Positions 12,542 through 29,717 of a DNA stretch of 64,000 nt are shown piece by piece. The translations under genes were made by a program, and so were the position numbers. Every line of letters begins with the position of its first letter. Within the stretch, counting starts at the first letter, position 1. The DNA is from an uncultured Candidatus Rokubacteria bacterium (GTDB lineage Bacteria > Methylomirabilota > Methylomirabilia > Rokubacteriales > DASRDR01). The notes below the pieces were generated by a model, which was given only the letters and a program-made list of their open reading frames with translations, ran no database searches and was not told the origin of the DNA. The stretch is from the NCBI GenBank assembly GCA_963826115.1, contig CAWGVS010000012.1, positions 704,001-768,000 of the forward strand, in the 5' to 3' direction.

Positions 12542-13846
12542 ATGCGCGACGATATCCACGAGCAGCTCCTGGGCGCCCTCGAGGGGAAGCTCTCGACCGA
12601 GACGCTCGACACCTGGATCCGCCCGCTCCGCGTCCTGGACGTTCGGGACAACCGTGTGGAACTCAGCGTCCCTAATAAGTATTTTCGTCAGCATCTCGAG
12701 CAGCACTACCTCGAGCCCCTGCGGGCGGCCACCGTCCAGGTGGCCGGGCCCCGGGCCCAGCTGGTCCTGACGATCGACCGCACCGCGACCTTGGCGCCCC
12801 CGCCCGCGCCCGTACCGATCGCAGCCGCACCGGATCTCGATCCCCGTTACACGTTCGAGACATTCGTCGTCGGCTCGTCGAACCAGTTCGCTCAGGCCGC
12901 CTGTCTCGCGGTCGCCGAGTCCCCGGCCATCGCGTACAACCCCCTCTTCATCTACGGCGGGGTGGGCCTGGGCAAGACCCATCTCCTCCAGGCCATCGGC
13001 CACCGGCTGTCCCAGAGCCATCCCCACTTCCGGATCCAGTACCTCTCGAGCGAGAAGTTCACGAACGACCTGATCTCGGCGATCCGCCACGACAAGACCC
13101 CGGAGTTCCGGCAGCGCTACCGGACGATCGATCTTCTCCTGATCGACGACATCCAGTTCCTCTCCGGCAAGGAGCGCACCCAGGAAGAGTTCTTCCACAC
13201 CTACGAGGACCTCATGCCCAAGCGGCAGATCGTCCTCTCGAGCGACCGGTCGCCGAAGGAGATCCCGGACCTCGAGGAGCGCCTCCGCTCGCGGTTCCTC
13301 TCGAGCATGCTGGCGGACATCCAGCCGCCCGAGTTCGAGACCCGCGTCGCGATCCTCAAGAAGAAGGCCGAGCTCGACCGCGTGGCCCTCCCGGACGACG
13401 TCGCCTACTTCATCGCCAACCGCGTGAAGTCGAACATCCGCGAGCTCGAGGGCTCCCTGGTCCGGATCCGGGCCTTCTGCAACCTCACCGGCCGGCCCCT
13501 CACCCTCGACCTCGCCCAGGAGGTCCTCGCCAACATCTGGGGCGCCGAGGAGCACCTCGTCACCATCGACGACATCCTCCGCCGCGTCGCCGAGGTGTTC
13601 CACGTCAAGCCTCAGGACCTCCGCGCCAAGACCCGGACCAAGGCGGTCGCCTTCCCCCGCCAGCTCGCGATGTATCTCGCGCGGCAGCTGACGAGCGACT
13701 CCTACGCCGACATCGGCCGGGGCTTCGGCGGCAAGGACCACACGACCGTTCTCCACGCCGTGAACAAGATCGACGCGCTCCTCCAGCAGGACGCCAAGCT
13801 CCGGCGCACGCTCGACCACATCATCAACACCATCCGCCTCGCGTGA
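12542..13846 (+). CDS. dnaA: chromosomal replication initiator DnaA
   Basis: YNPLFIYGGVGLGKTHLL, LLIDDIQF, SNIRELEG, GGKDHTTVLHA. Confidence 0.99.
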   Translation: MRDDIHEQLLGALEGKLSTETLDTWIRPLRVLDVRDNRVELSVPNKYFRQHLEQHYLEPLRAATVQVAGPRAQLVLTIDRTATLAPPPAPVPIAAAPDLDPRYTFETFVVGSSNQFAQAACLAVAESPAIAYNPLFIYGGVGLGKTHLLQAIGHRLSQSHPHFRIQYLSSEKFTNDLISAIRHDKTPEFRQRYRTIDLLLIDDIQFLSGKERTQEEFFHTYEDLMPKRQIVLSSDRSPKEIPDLEERLRSRFLSSMLADIQPPEFETRVAILKKKAELDRVALPDDVAYFIANRVKSNIRELEGSLVRIRAFCNLTGRPLTLDLAQEVLANIWGAEEHLVTIDDILRRVAEVFHVKPQDLRAKTRTKAVAFPRQLAMYLARQLTSDSYADIGRGFGGKDHTTVLHAVNKIDALLQQDAKLRRTLDHIINTIRLA

Positions 13847-14036
13847 GCCGCGTCCTCCCCACCGGTCCCCCGCGCGTCCCGGGCCTGTCCACCACCGTCC
13901 CCCGACTTATCCCCATCGCCGCGCTCCGTGCGCACCCGCACAGGTCAGGCGCCGCGCGACCGCGACCGCGTTGTCCCCAGCCCCTACGTCTCCTCCGACG
14001 ACTGCTTTTTCTTTCTCAGGAGGGTTACTAAGCCCA
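13847..14036. other. oriC (dnaA-dnaN intergenic region)
   Basis: DnaA-box variants TTATCCCCA (~13907) and TTGTCCCCA (13971-13979), followed by GCCC, degenerate trinucleotide repeats and a T-rich tract. Confidence 0.8.
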
Positions 14037-15146
14037 ATGGACTTCCAGGTCGCTCGCGAGCCCTTGCTCCGTGCACTGCAGCTTCTCCAGAACATCGTCG
14101 AGCCTCGCCAGACGCTGCCGATCCTGGCCAACGTCCTGATCGAGGCACGCGAGGGCGGGCTCCGGCTGGCGGCGACGGACCTCGAGGTCGGGGCGCGGGT
14201 CGCGGTGCCGGGCACGGTCAGCCGGCCGGGGGCCATCACGCTCGCGGCCCGAAAGCTGGTCGAGCTCGTGCGGGAGCTGCCGGCCCAGCCGGTGACGTTC
14301 AGCCTCCTCGACAACGGCTGGGTCAAGATCACGTGCGGCGCGGCCCGGTTCAGCCTGGTGGGGTTGCCGGCCGACGAGTACCCGCCGCTCGACGTCAACG
14401 CGGCCGAGGGGAGTCTCGGCGTGGAGGCGGGTCTTCTGCGCACGATGGTCGGCCGGACGAGCTACGCGATGTCGCAGGACGAGAGCCGCCCTTTCCTGAA
14501 CGGGCTCTACCTCGCCGCGCGGAAACAGGAGCTCCGGCTGGTGGCGACCGACGGGCACCGGCTCGCCCTCGCGCGGAGCGCGGTGGACTCCGCGGCGGAG
14601 ATGGCGGGCATCGTGCCGCGGAAGGCGGTCCAGGAGCTCACGCGGGTCCTGGGCGGCGCCGAGCGGGTCGACATCGCGATCGGCGAGAGCAAGTTCTTCG
14701 TGCGCACCGAGGGTTTCGAGCTGGTCTCGAAGCTGGTGGAGGGACAGTTTCCGAACTACGAGCAGGTCATCCCGAAGTCCTCACCGCTTCGGCTCGTGGT
14801 CGAGCGCGAGCCGCTCCTGGCGGCGATCCGGCGCGTTGCCGTGGTCGCCGACGACCGGACGCGCCCCGTCAAGCTCACGGCCAGCGAGGGGCAGGTACGG
14901 CTCTCCGCCCAGAGCCAGGAGCTCGGCGAGGCCGAGGAGACCCTGCCGGCGGAATTCGCCGGGGCCGAGCTGACCATCGGGTTCAACGCGCGCTACGTCC
15001 TCGATGCGCTCGGCCCGATGGATCACCAGTGGACGGTCGTGGGCCTGAAAGACGGCTTGAGCCCGGGCGTGCTCGTCGGCGCCGCGGCGAAGGACGGCGC
15101 GCCGGATGACGCGTATCGCTGTGTTATAATGCCGATGCGTATGTGA
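14037..15146 (+). CDS. dnaN: DNA polymerase III beta clamp
   Basis: ATDLE, VATDGHRLA, KLVEGQFPNYEQVIP, IGFNARY, VIMPMR. Confidence 0.98.
   Translation: MDFQVAREPLLRALQLLQNIVEPRQTLPILANVLIEAREGGLRLAATDLEVGARVAVPGTVSRPGAITLAARKLVELVRELPAQPVTFSLLDNGWVKITCGAARFSLVGLPADEYPPLDVNAAEGSLGVEAGLLRTMVGRTSYAMSQDESRPFLNGLYLAARKQELRLVATDGHRLALARSAVDSAAEMAGIVPRKAVQELTRVLGGAERVDIAIGESKFFVRTEGFELVSKLVEGQFPNYEQVIPKSSPLRLVVEREPLLAAIRRVAVVADDRTRPVKLTASEGQVRLSAQSQELGEAEETLPAEFAGAELTIGFNARYVLDALGPMDHQWTVVGLKDGLSPGVLVGAAAKDGAPDDAYRCVIMPMRM
15122..15130 (+). promoter_or_regulatory. extended -10 promoter inside the dnaN 3' end (recF-gyrB-gyrA)
   Basis: perfect TGnTATAAT in a very GC-rich background. Confidence 0.6.
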
Positions 15147-15163
15147 GGGGAGGCCCGCCCAGG

Positions 15164-18669
<3,506 letters not shown>

Positions 18670-18709
18670 TCCCCGCGCGGCGCTGCGCGGGACCCCGCAG
18701 GAGTGCTTG

Positions 18710-22424
<3,715 letters not shown>

Positions 22425-23391
22425 GCCGGCCCCGCGGCGCCCGCGCCGTGGGCGCGAGCGGCCGGCCACGCGCTGAGGACCGCCAGGACGGCCCGCGCGG
22501 CGCCCGACAGGAACGCCCGCCGGCGCTGGACCAGGACGATCGGGACCGTGGCCCGGAGGGCCGGGGCCCGCAGGATCGTGAGCGTGCCCGTCCGGAGCTC
22601 CTCGTCGACGCTGCTCGCCTGAAGGAGCGCCAGCCCGAAGCCCGCCTCGACCATGCGCTTCTGCGCAGTGAGGCTGTCGATCCACACCCGGTCGCCGGGC
22701 GGGACGCCGCTCGCGGCCAGGCTCCGCTCGACCGCCGCGGCGGAGGGCTCGGCTCCGCCCCCCGCGGGCGGGGGAAACGTGATCCAGCGCTCGCCCGCCA
22801 GCGCGGCAGGGCTGACGCGCCGAGCCCGAGCGAGCCGGTGATGGGGCGCGCACACGGGCACGAGGGGCTCGTCGTGGAGCGTGGTGGACAGGAGGTCGGG
22901 ATGGGGATCGACCCCGTACCGCAGGCCGAGCGTGGCGTCCCCGCGCCGGACGAGCGCGCTCACCTCCGGGCTGAGCGCCGTACGGAGGCGCAGGTCCACC
23001 CCGGGATGCGCGTCCCGAAAGCGCCGCAGGGCGGCGGTCAGGGGCGAGCCGGCGAGGGTGCCCACCAGGGCGAGCGTCACCGCCCCGCGGTCGGCGGCCC
23101 GGAGGGCGGCCACGGCGTCGACGGCGTCGCGCATCGCGGCGAGCAGCGCCTCGGCGGGCGAGAGGAACGCGCGCCCCGCGTCGGTCAGGACCACGCCGCT
23201 CCGGATGCGCTCGAAGAGCGGCGCGCCGACCTCGTGCTCGAGGAGGCGCACGCGGCGGCTGATCGCCGGCTGGGACAGGCGGAGCGCCACGGCCGCCCGC
23301 GTGAAGCCGCCCTTCCGCACGATGGTGACGAACGCCTCGACGTGGTCGAGCTCCACGCCCATCAGGATAGCGAATCGTCCGGAGAAGCACT

Positions 23392-23406
23392 ATGCATTGG
23401 ACTCAT
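23392..23406. promoter_or_regulatory. putative LysR box
   Basis: ATGCATTGGACTCAT (ATG-N9-CAT, T-N11-A) in the divergent intergenic region. Confidence 0.5.
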
Positions 23407-23448
23407 GGCCGCGCCGCCTCGTATCGTGCCGGTCAGGAGGACCCGCCC

Positions 23449-24252
23449 ATGAGAGCCAACGACGTCCGATCCGCCGAGGCGCTGCGCCACGGCGCCTACG
23501 TGTGCTTTCGCGCGCCGGCCCCGGTCCGGTCGGCACTCGCGGCCGCCCCCATCCCGGCGCTGGCGGCGCGCCTCGGGCTGGCCAACGAGTTCCAGGCCGC
23601 CGGCGGCGACCCGCCGGCGTCGGTGGCCTTCCTCCGCCGCGTGCACGCCGTGCCCGGCGGCCGTCCGGACGACGGGCTCCTCCACGCGGACGCGGTCGTG
23701 CACGTCGCGGCCGCGACCGCGGCCCCGGTCGCCGAGTTCTGCGCGGAGCTCGCGCGGCTCCTCGGCCCCACGGCGTCGCCGCGCGCCCTGGGCGGGGTCG
23801 TGCGCCCCATGACCTATACCGGGAACGCGATGTTCAACTTTTCCTACGCGCACCGCGTGCTCCAGGGGCCGGGGCCGGCCATGCCCAACGCCTTCCTGAT
23901 CCCGATGAGCAAGACGGCGGAGTGGTGGGCGAAGGACTGGATGGAGCGCCACACGTACTTCCTGCCGCGCTACGACGGGGGGCGCAGGGTGAGCGAGGGC
24001 CACGCGCTCGCGGCCGCCGCGGGCGTGCCGAGCCTCCTCCGCCGCACCTACAAGCATCCGACGGAGCCCGCGCCCGCGGATGCCTACGACTTCGTCACCT
24101 ACTTCGAGTGCGCCGACGCCGACGTCCCGACGTTTCACGCGGTCTGCGCGGCCCTCCGGGACGTCCGGCGGAACCCCGAGTGGGCGATGGTCGAGGAGGG
24201 CCCGACGTGGCACGGGCGGCGCGTCGGCACCTGGGCCGAGCTGTTCGCGTGA
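23449..24252 (+). CDS. chlorite dismutase-family heme protein
   Basis: AGGAGG SD; LIPMSKTAEWW, H-x12-R, DFVTYFE, LR...PEW motifs resemble the Cld C-terminal domain. Confidence 0.7.
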   Translation: MRANDVRSAEALRHGAYVCFRAPAPVRSALAAAPIPALAARLGLANEFQAAGGDPPASVAFLRRVHAVPGGRPDDGLLHADAVVHVAAATAAPVAEFCAELARLLGPTASPRALGGVVRPMTYTGNAMFNFSYAHRVLQGPGPAMPNAFLIPMSKTAEWWAKDWMERHTYFLPRYDGGRRVSEGHALAAAAGVPSLLRRTYKHPTEPAPADAYDFVTYFECADADVPTFHAVCAALRDVRRNPEWAMVEEGPTWHGRRVGTWAELFA

Positions 24253-24608
24253 GCCTACCGCCGGCGCGCTGCGGCCCTGCCGGGCCGACCGCGCGGGCTC
24301 CTGCGACGAACGGGTCCCGTGCTCGGGGCGAGGGTGATGGTCGAGGAGGCCGCTTGCGACGAGCGTCGGGATCGACACACCATGGCAACGGTGCGTTCGC
24401 GTTCCCAGGCACCGCCGCCGCATGGAGAGCAGAGCGAGGAGGCGAACCTCGGACGGCATCAACGCGTCGCGCTGCGCGTTCGGCGGACTCGCCGGGCGGT
24501 TAGGCTGGTCGCCGTGGCTCGCCCAGGAACAGCCCGCCGTCCGGCCGGAATAGCTGCCGAGGCTCCGCGCCGGGTCGAGCTCCGGCCTCCCACCGGCCGG
24601 TGGACGCG

Positions 24609-25664
24609 ATGATCTCGCCGGGTCCCGAGGGGCGGGCACCGGACGAGCCGCGGACGCTGACCGTGTTCACCGGGTCCGGCCTGAGCAATCGCTTGCGGGT
24701 CCTAGTGTCCGGCCTCGCGCTGGCCGAGGCCACGGGCCGCGCGCTCACCATGCTCTGGCCCCGGTCGCCGGCCTGTGGCGCCGCTTTCCGCGAGCTGTTC
24801 ACGAACGACTGGCCGGTGGTCGACATCGACAAGATTCCGCGGGAGCTGGCCGGGGCACACCGACGGAAGCCCCGGGGCCGCCACAAGATCGGGGACCTCC
24901 TCGAAGCCCCCGAGCCTCACCTCGTGGTGCGGTCCTCCCACTGGTTGATCGCCTCCGCGAGCTACCCCGCCCACCGAGCCCTGGCCGCCCGGTGCGTGGA
25001 GCTGCTCGGGCAGCTCGAGCCGACCTCGCCCATCAGGGACCGGGTTGCGGCGTTCCGGGCGCAGCACTTCCGCCCACTCATGATCGGGGTGCACGCCCGC
25101 CGCGGCGATTTCCTCGAGGCCCGCCCCGACCGGGCGTGGAACACGGGGCAGATCCTCGCGGCAGTCGACCGGTTTCTGGTCGAGAGACCCGAGGCCGGGA
25201 TCCTGCTCTGCACCGACGACGGCGCTCCGGGGCCGCGCGGAGAGCCCACGGTCCGCGAAGGCGTGCGCGAGATTCTGCGGGCCCGGTACGGCGACCGGCT
25301 AGTCGAGACGTCCCCGAGCAGCCTGGACCGCCGGACGCCCGCGTCGATCCAGGACGCGCTGGTGGACCTGCTCCTCCTGCGGGCGACCGACGCCTTCGTC
25401 GGGACCTTGTCCAGCACGTTCTCGGACCTCGCCACTTACGGGCGGGCCGTCCCCAGCGCCCGGGTATGGGGGATGTCGCCCGCCTCTCGCTGGCTCTACC
25501 GCATCGCCCGGTTCACGGGCATCCGGCTCGGCGCGCGCGTCCTCCGCCAGGTCCTGGGCGTGGACGTGCACGGACCGACCGTCGCGCGCTACGTCCAGGC
25601 GGAGCTGCCAAGCCGGCTCCGCTGGTGGCGAAGGGATCGGCGCCGCCCCCGCAGCCCCGACTGA
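24609..25664 (+). CDS. fucosyltransferase-like glycosyltransferase (GT11/GT23/NodZ/O-FucT fold)
   Basis: GLSNRL, IGVHARRGDF, LCTDD, ALVDLLLL...FVGTLSSTFS. Confidence 0.75.
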   Translation: MISPGPEGRAPDEPRTLTVFTGSGLSNRLRVLVSGLALAEATGRALTMLWPRSPACGAAFRELFTNDWPVVDIDKIPRELAGAHRRKPRGRHKIGDLLEAPEPHLVVRSSHWLIASASYPAHRALAARCVELLGQLEPTSPIRDRVAAFRAQHFRPLMIGVHARRGDFLEARPDRAWNTGQILAAVDRFLVERPEAGILLCTDDGAPGPRGEPTVREGVREILRARYGDRLVETSPSSLDRRTPASIQDALVDLLLLRATDAFVGTLSSTFSDLATYGRAVPSARVWGMSPASRWLYRIARFTGIRLGARVLRQVLGVDVHGPTVARYVQAELPSRLRWWRRDRRRPRSPD

Positions 25665-25920
25665 GCCGCGGATCCCAGGCCAGGCGGTGGACGAAGACCG
25701 GGCGCAGGAAAGGCCCACGCGGAGACGCGGAGCGTCGACGGCGCGCTCATCCGGACGCGGAAGATCCTGCTTGCCTTCGAGGCCGAGCGACCTGGCGGCG
25801 CGGGCATTCCATCCTGACCATGACTCGGCGCCGCGCCCATCTCGCGCCGCGCCACCTCCGGAGCCCATGGCGCGGCTCGAGGGCCTCGCTCCTGCGCAGG
25901 CCGCGGCGGCCAGCGCGCAC

Positions 25921-25998
25921 GACGCTATACTCGGGGGGCCACGGCCGGGAAGTCTGCGGAATGCCGCCACCGGAGGGTGGCCGAGCGGTTGAAGGCGC
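25921..25998 (+). repeat. diverged copy of tRNA-Ser(TGA) promoter, leader and 5' 27 nt
   Basis: aligns end to end with 28439-28517 (GACGCTATACTCG...GGGAAGTCyGCGGAATGCCG...ACCGGAGGG(G)TGGCCGAGCGGTTGAAGGCGC). Confidence 0.9.
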
Positions 25999-26080
25999 AC
26001 CTCGTCCCGCCGTGGGCCGCGAGCGAAGTCGGCGCGCGGCGCCGTTCGGCAGGAAGGTCGCGGCAGCGCGAGGGAGAGCA

Positions 26081-28022
26081 ATGATGGACGGGGCGGGCGT
26101 CGAACCGCCGACCCCGGGGACGGTGACGGCGCCGGGCGAGGGCGCCGCCGCGACCGCCGGTCCGTCCGCCCCGCCGCCGGCGGCCGCCGGGGGGGTGACG
26201 CGGTGGCTCCGGGCCGACCCGATCCTGACCGACGACCGGGGCTGGGCGCTCAACCTCGCGATCTTCCGGATCGTGTTCCTCGTCGGCGGGGCGCTCCCGG
26301 TCGCCCTGTACGTCCTCCGCTGGAGCCTGTGGATCCTGCCCGGACTCCCCCGCTCGGTGTGGCGCCCCGTGTCGTTCTACGCGCTGCTCCCGCTCGAGAT
26401 GCTCGCGAGCCCGGCGCTCGCGCGGACCCTGGCGGTCGCCTACGTGGCCCTGATCCTCCTGGGGGCCGTCGGATTCTGCACTCGCTGGACGCTTGGCCTG
26501 GCGGCGGTGGTGTCGCTGTACGTCGTCGGTCTGCCCATGAACCAGGGCAAGGTCGACCACTTCCACCACGTGGTGTGGTTCGCCGCTCTTCTGGCCGTGG
26601 GCCCGTCCGCCCGCTTCCTCTCCGTCGACGCGCTGCGGGACGCCGTGCGCGCGGCCGATCGCGGGCGCATCGAGAACGAGCCTACCCGGGGGGCCGCCCT
26701 GCTGACCTTGCGGTTCATCTGGGCCCTCGTCGGCCTGATCTACGTGGGCCCGGGGCTGATGAAGCTCCACGGGGCGCTCACGGGCGGCTGGGCGACGCCC
26801 GAGAGCCTCCAGGGCATCCTGCACGGTCGCTGGCTCAACCTGTACCTGCACTCGCCGGATCCCTTCACGCCGCCCGCCTTGCTCGGGAGTGTGCCGGCGC
26901 CGCTCCTCACGGCGGCCGGGCTGGGCGTCGTGGCCTTCGAGGTCGGCGTCATCGGCCTTATCTGGCTTCGCCCCGTGCGGCCCTTCGTGGCGCTGGCGGG
27001 TCTGGCGTTCCACCGCGGCAGCCGGCACGTGCTCAGCATTCCCTTCAGCTTCCTGACTCCGGCGTACGTGGGCCTGTTCGACTGGAGCGCCATCGGGCGG
27101 AGGCTCACGCGGCGGCTTGGCGGAGCGCCGCTGGTCGTGCTCTACGATGGCCGATGCCGTCTCTGCCGGCGCGCGATGGCGCTCCTCCGCGCGCTCGACG
27201 CGTTCGACGCGATCGAGGCGGTGGCGGCGGACGAGCCGCGGCGCGGCCACTACCCGGAGGTCACCGATCGAGGCGCTGTCCCACGACCTCTACGCGGTCT
27301 CGGCGGGCGCCTCGGCGCGGGGCTACGACGCCTACGTGAGGATCGCCCGCCGGATCCCGCTGCTCTGGCCCGCCGCCCTCGTCCTGGCCCTTCCGGTCGT
27401 GGCCACGAGGGGGCGTCGCCTGTATCGCGCGGTCGCCGACGCGCGCGCCTGCGCCACCGCGCCGCTGGCGATGGGTCCCGCCGCCTCGATCTCCCGCCGA
27501 GAGGCCGTGCTGGCGGTCGGCGCCGCGCTCGTGGCGGGCCAGGCGGTCGTGAGCGGGGCGCAGTTCCTCGCCTGGACCACCGGCGGCCGGGCGGCGCAGG
27601 CATGGTGGGCACCGATCTCGTGGCCCTTCGACCACTACCCCCGATTTGTCCCCGAGGGACCCCGGCGTCGGATCGAGATCTGGGAGCCCCGGCTGGTGGC
27701 GCGCGACGGCCGCGAGGTTCGGTTCCCGCCGGAAGCCTTCGCGGGCGCGTTCGGGAGCGCGGCCCGGACGGCCAGCGTCATCCGGCCCGCCGTGAGCCTG
27801 GCGGATTCGGAGCGTCGGCGTGCCCGGTCGCTCGACCTGGTCCGGACCCTGTGGCGGCACGTCCCGCCCGCGCTGCGGGCTGGCTCGGTGGAGGTGCGCG
27901 TCTACGCCGCCTCTTACCGTGTCGCCGCGCCGCCCCCGGTCATCGAGAGCGAGCGTCTCCTCGACCGCTTCGACCTGGCCGAGGTGGCGGCGGCGCCGGG
28001 CCGCCCGCCGGGCGGGTCCTAG
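26081..28022 (+). pseudogene. HTTM-like membrane domain plus DCC1/DUF393 thiol-disulfide oxidoreductase, with one frameshift near 27266-27269
   Basis: LAIFRI, GKVDHFHH, FEVG, FH motifs; YDGRCRLC; the DCC1-like continuation EALSHDLYAV...GYDAY...LWP...LYRAVA lies in the +1 frame. Confidence 0.7.
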
Positions 28023-28189
28023 GCGGTCCGCGCCGGCGCCGTCCGGCCGGGGCGCCGGATGTTCCGCCAGGAGGTGCGAGGCGCGCTCCGAGCGGGCGTC
28101 TGGAGGAGCTCGCTGCCCGTCGCGGCGTGAATCAGCGTCGGGCTCGGTACGTGTTCAGGGTCACGGCGGCGCGAACGCGCGCGCATCCC

Positions 28190-28313
28190 CTACTGACGGT
28201 GAAGCACACCGATCAGCACGCCCGCACCATCCCTCAGGGCGTGCGCAATCGCGAACGGGATCAACCGGTGAAGTCGCAGATACACGAGCGTTGCGAAGAC
28301 GAAGAGCGGGATC
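28190..28313 (-). pseudogene. C-terminal fragment resembling a CPBP/Abi intramembrane protease
   Basis: IPLFVFATLVYLRLHRLIPFAIAHALRD resembles the final CPBP His motif; no coherent N-terminus. Confidence 0.4.
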
Positions 28314-28335
28314 GGCGACACGGACCGACGGGCCG

Positions 28336-28440
28336 TGCTTCTGCAAGGCCAACCGCTCCGTGGACCGTGGGCACCGCCCGGCCACCGACACCGTGACGGG
28401 GCTGATCTGGCTGAAGCAGCCGAACTGCCAGGGCACATGA
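28336..28440 (+). pseudogene. DUF1566 (Lcl-like) domain fragment
   Basis: RSVDRGHRPATDTVTGLIWLKQPNC resembles the RF.D.G.GTVTD..TGL.W motif; truncated at the repeat boundary. Confidence 0.5.
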
Positions 28441-28489
28441 CGCTATACTCGAAGCGCGGCCTCAGGGAAGTCCGCGGAATGCCGGGACC

Positions 28490-28578
28490 GGAGGGGTGGC
28501 CGAGCGGTTGAAGGCGCCGGTCTTGAAAACCGGTATGGGCGCAAGCCCTCGGGGGTTCGAATCCCTCCCCCTCCGCCA
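28490..28578 (+). tRNA. tRNA-Ser(TGA)
   Basis: GGAGGGG/CCCCTCC stem, CCGGT-CTTGAAA-ACCGG, long variable arm, TTCGAAT, CCA. Confidence 0.97.
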
Positions 28579-28648
28579 TCCGCGCGCCCGCGACGGCCCG
28601 CCGAGTTGACAAAGATTCGGCCCGCCCGGAAGATGGGGCGCTGCGCAT

Positions 28649-28742
28649 GGAGAGGTGGCCGAGTCGGCCGAAGGCAACCGCCTGCTAAGCGGTTACCGGG
28701 TGTTGAGCCTGGTCCCGGGTTCGAATCCCGGCCTCTCCGCCA
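28649..28742 (+). tRNA. tRNA-Ser(GCT)
   Basis: GGAGAGG/CCTCTCC, ACCGC-CTGCTAA-GCGGT, CCA; TTGACA at 28606-28611 upstream. Confidence 0.97.
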
Positions 28743-28760
28743 ATCTTCCAGCGGTTGGGC

Positions 28761-28837
28761 GCGCCCATAGCTCAGTTGGATAGAGCGTCGGACTACGAAT
28801 CCGAAGGTCGCAGGTTCGAATCCTGCTGGGCGCACCA
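28761..28837 (+). tRNA. tRNA-Arg(ACG)
   Basis: GCGCCCA/TGGGCGC, TCGGA-CTACGAA-TCCGA, CCA. Confidence 0.97.
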
Positions 28838-29086
28838 ATTCCGAGCCATCCTCCCACGCATCCAGGCCCCCGCCGGCGTGCCCCGGCGTCATCCGATGGA
28901 CAAGTCGGACACCCGCGCGTCCACCAGGGCGCGGAGCTTGGCTACGGCTGGGTGATCACGGGGGATCGAGAAACCGCCGGATGACGGCGCCGCGGGCCGA
29001 TCCCGAGGGGGCGTGCGTCCTCTTCGGAGCCCGCACGGTCTCCTGAAGACCGGCGGCGCAACGGGAGGCGGCCCGCGCGTTTCGGC

Positions 29087-29539
29087 CTAGCCGAGCACCC
29101 GCTCGAGCCGCCGCGCGATCTCCGCCTTCGGCTGCACGCCGACCAGCCGGTCGACCTCGCGGCCCTGCCGGAGGACGAGGAGCGTCGGGATGCTCTGGAC
29201 CCCGAACCGCGCGGCAACCCCGGGGTTCTCGTCCACGTTCAGCTTCGCCACCCGCACGCGTCCGGCCAGCTCGTCGGCCAGCTCCGCCACCACCGGCGCG
29301 ACCATCCGGCACGGCCCGCACCAGGGCGCCCAGAGGTCGAGCAGCACCGGGAGCGGCGAGCCCTCGACCTCCGCGGCGAAGGTCGCATCGGTGACCGTGA
29401 CCGGCGCCGCGCCCACGGGGAGCCGCGTCCGGCAGCGTCCGCAGCGCGGCGCCAGACCCTGCGCGACCTTCGCCCAGGGCACGCGGTTGGCGGCCCCGCA
29501 CGCCGGACACGGGATGAGGCGCGCGTCGTCGGCCGCCAT
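29087..29539 (-). CDS. trxC: thioredoxin 2 (zinc-finger thioredoxin)
   Basis: CPAC...CGRC zinc finger plus WAPWCGPC. Confidence 0.93.
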   Translation of the reverse strand: MAADDARLIPCPACGAANRVPWAKVAQGLAPRCGRCRTRLPVGAAPVTVTDATFAAEVEGSPLPVLLDLWAPWCGPCRMVAPVVAELADELAGRVRVAKLNVDENPGVAARFGVQSIPTLLVLRQGREVDRLVGVQPKAEIARRLERVLG

Positions 29540-29717
29540 CGCGGGCATTGTGCGCGCCGCTCGCACGGGGCGTCAATCGTCCGCGAGTCATTCGCGAGGC
29601 GATCGGCCCGGCGCCGAAGCAGAACGTCTACGTGCGGAGCGCCGACTCGCACGCCGCGCGGGGGACCCCCCGCGCGCCCTCCCCGAGGACCAGCGGGCGC
29701 GGGTATACTTGGCCACC

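Noticed and set aside
24253-24608. Small ORFs or structured RNA between the Cld-like and fucosyltransferase genes
   Set aside because: No recognisable motif, SD or convincing structure
25972-25998. Possible additional or split tRNA gene
   Set aside because: No anticodon arm, T arm or matching 3' half, and no intron core motifs follow; treated as a repeat fragment
24992-28396. 1134-aa ORF in the track
   Set aside because: Only 26081 to ~27268 is protein-like; the flanks are off-frame read-through
28838-29086. 9-bp inverted repeat CGTCATCCG/CGGATGACG after tRNA-Arg
   Set aside because: Too short to be significant in this composition, with no further support
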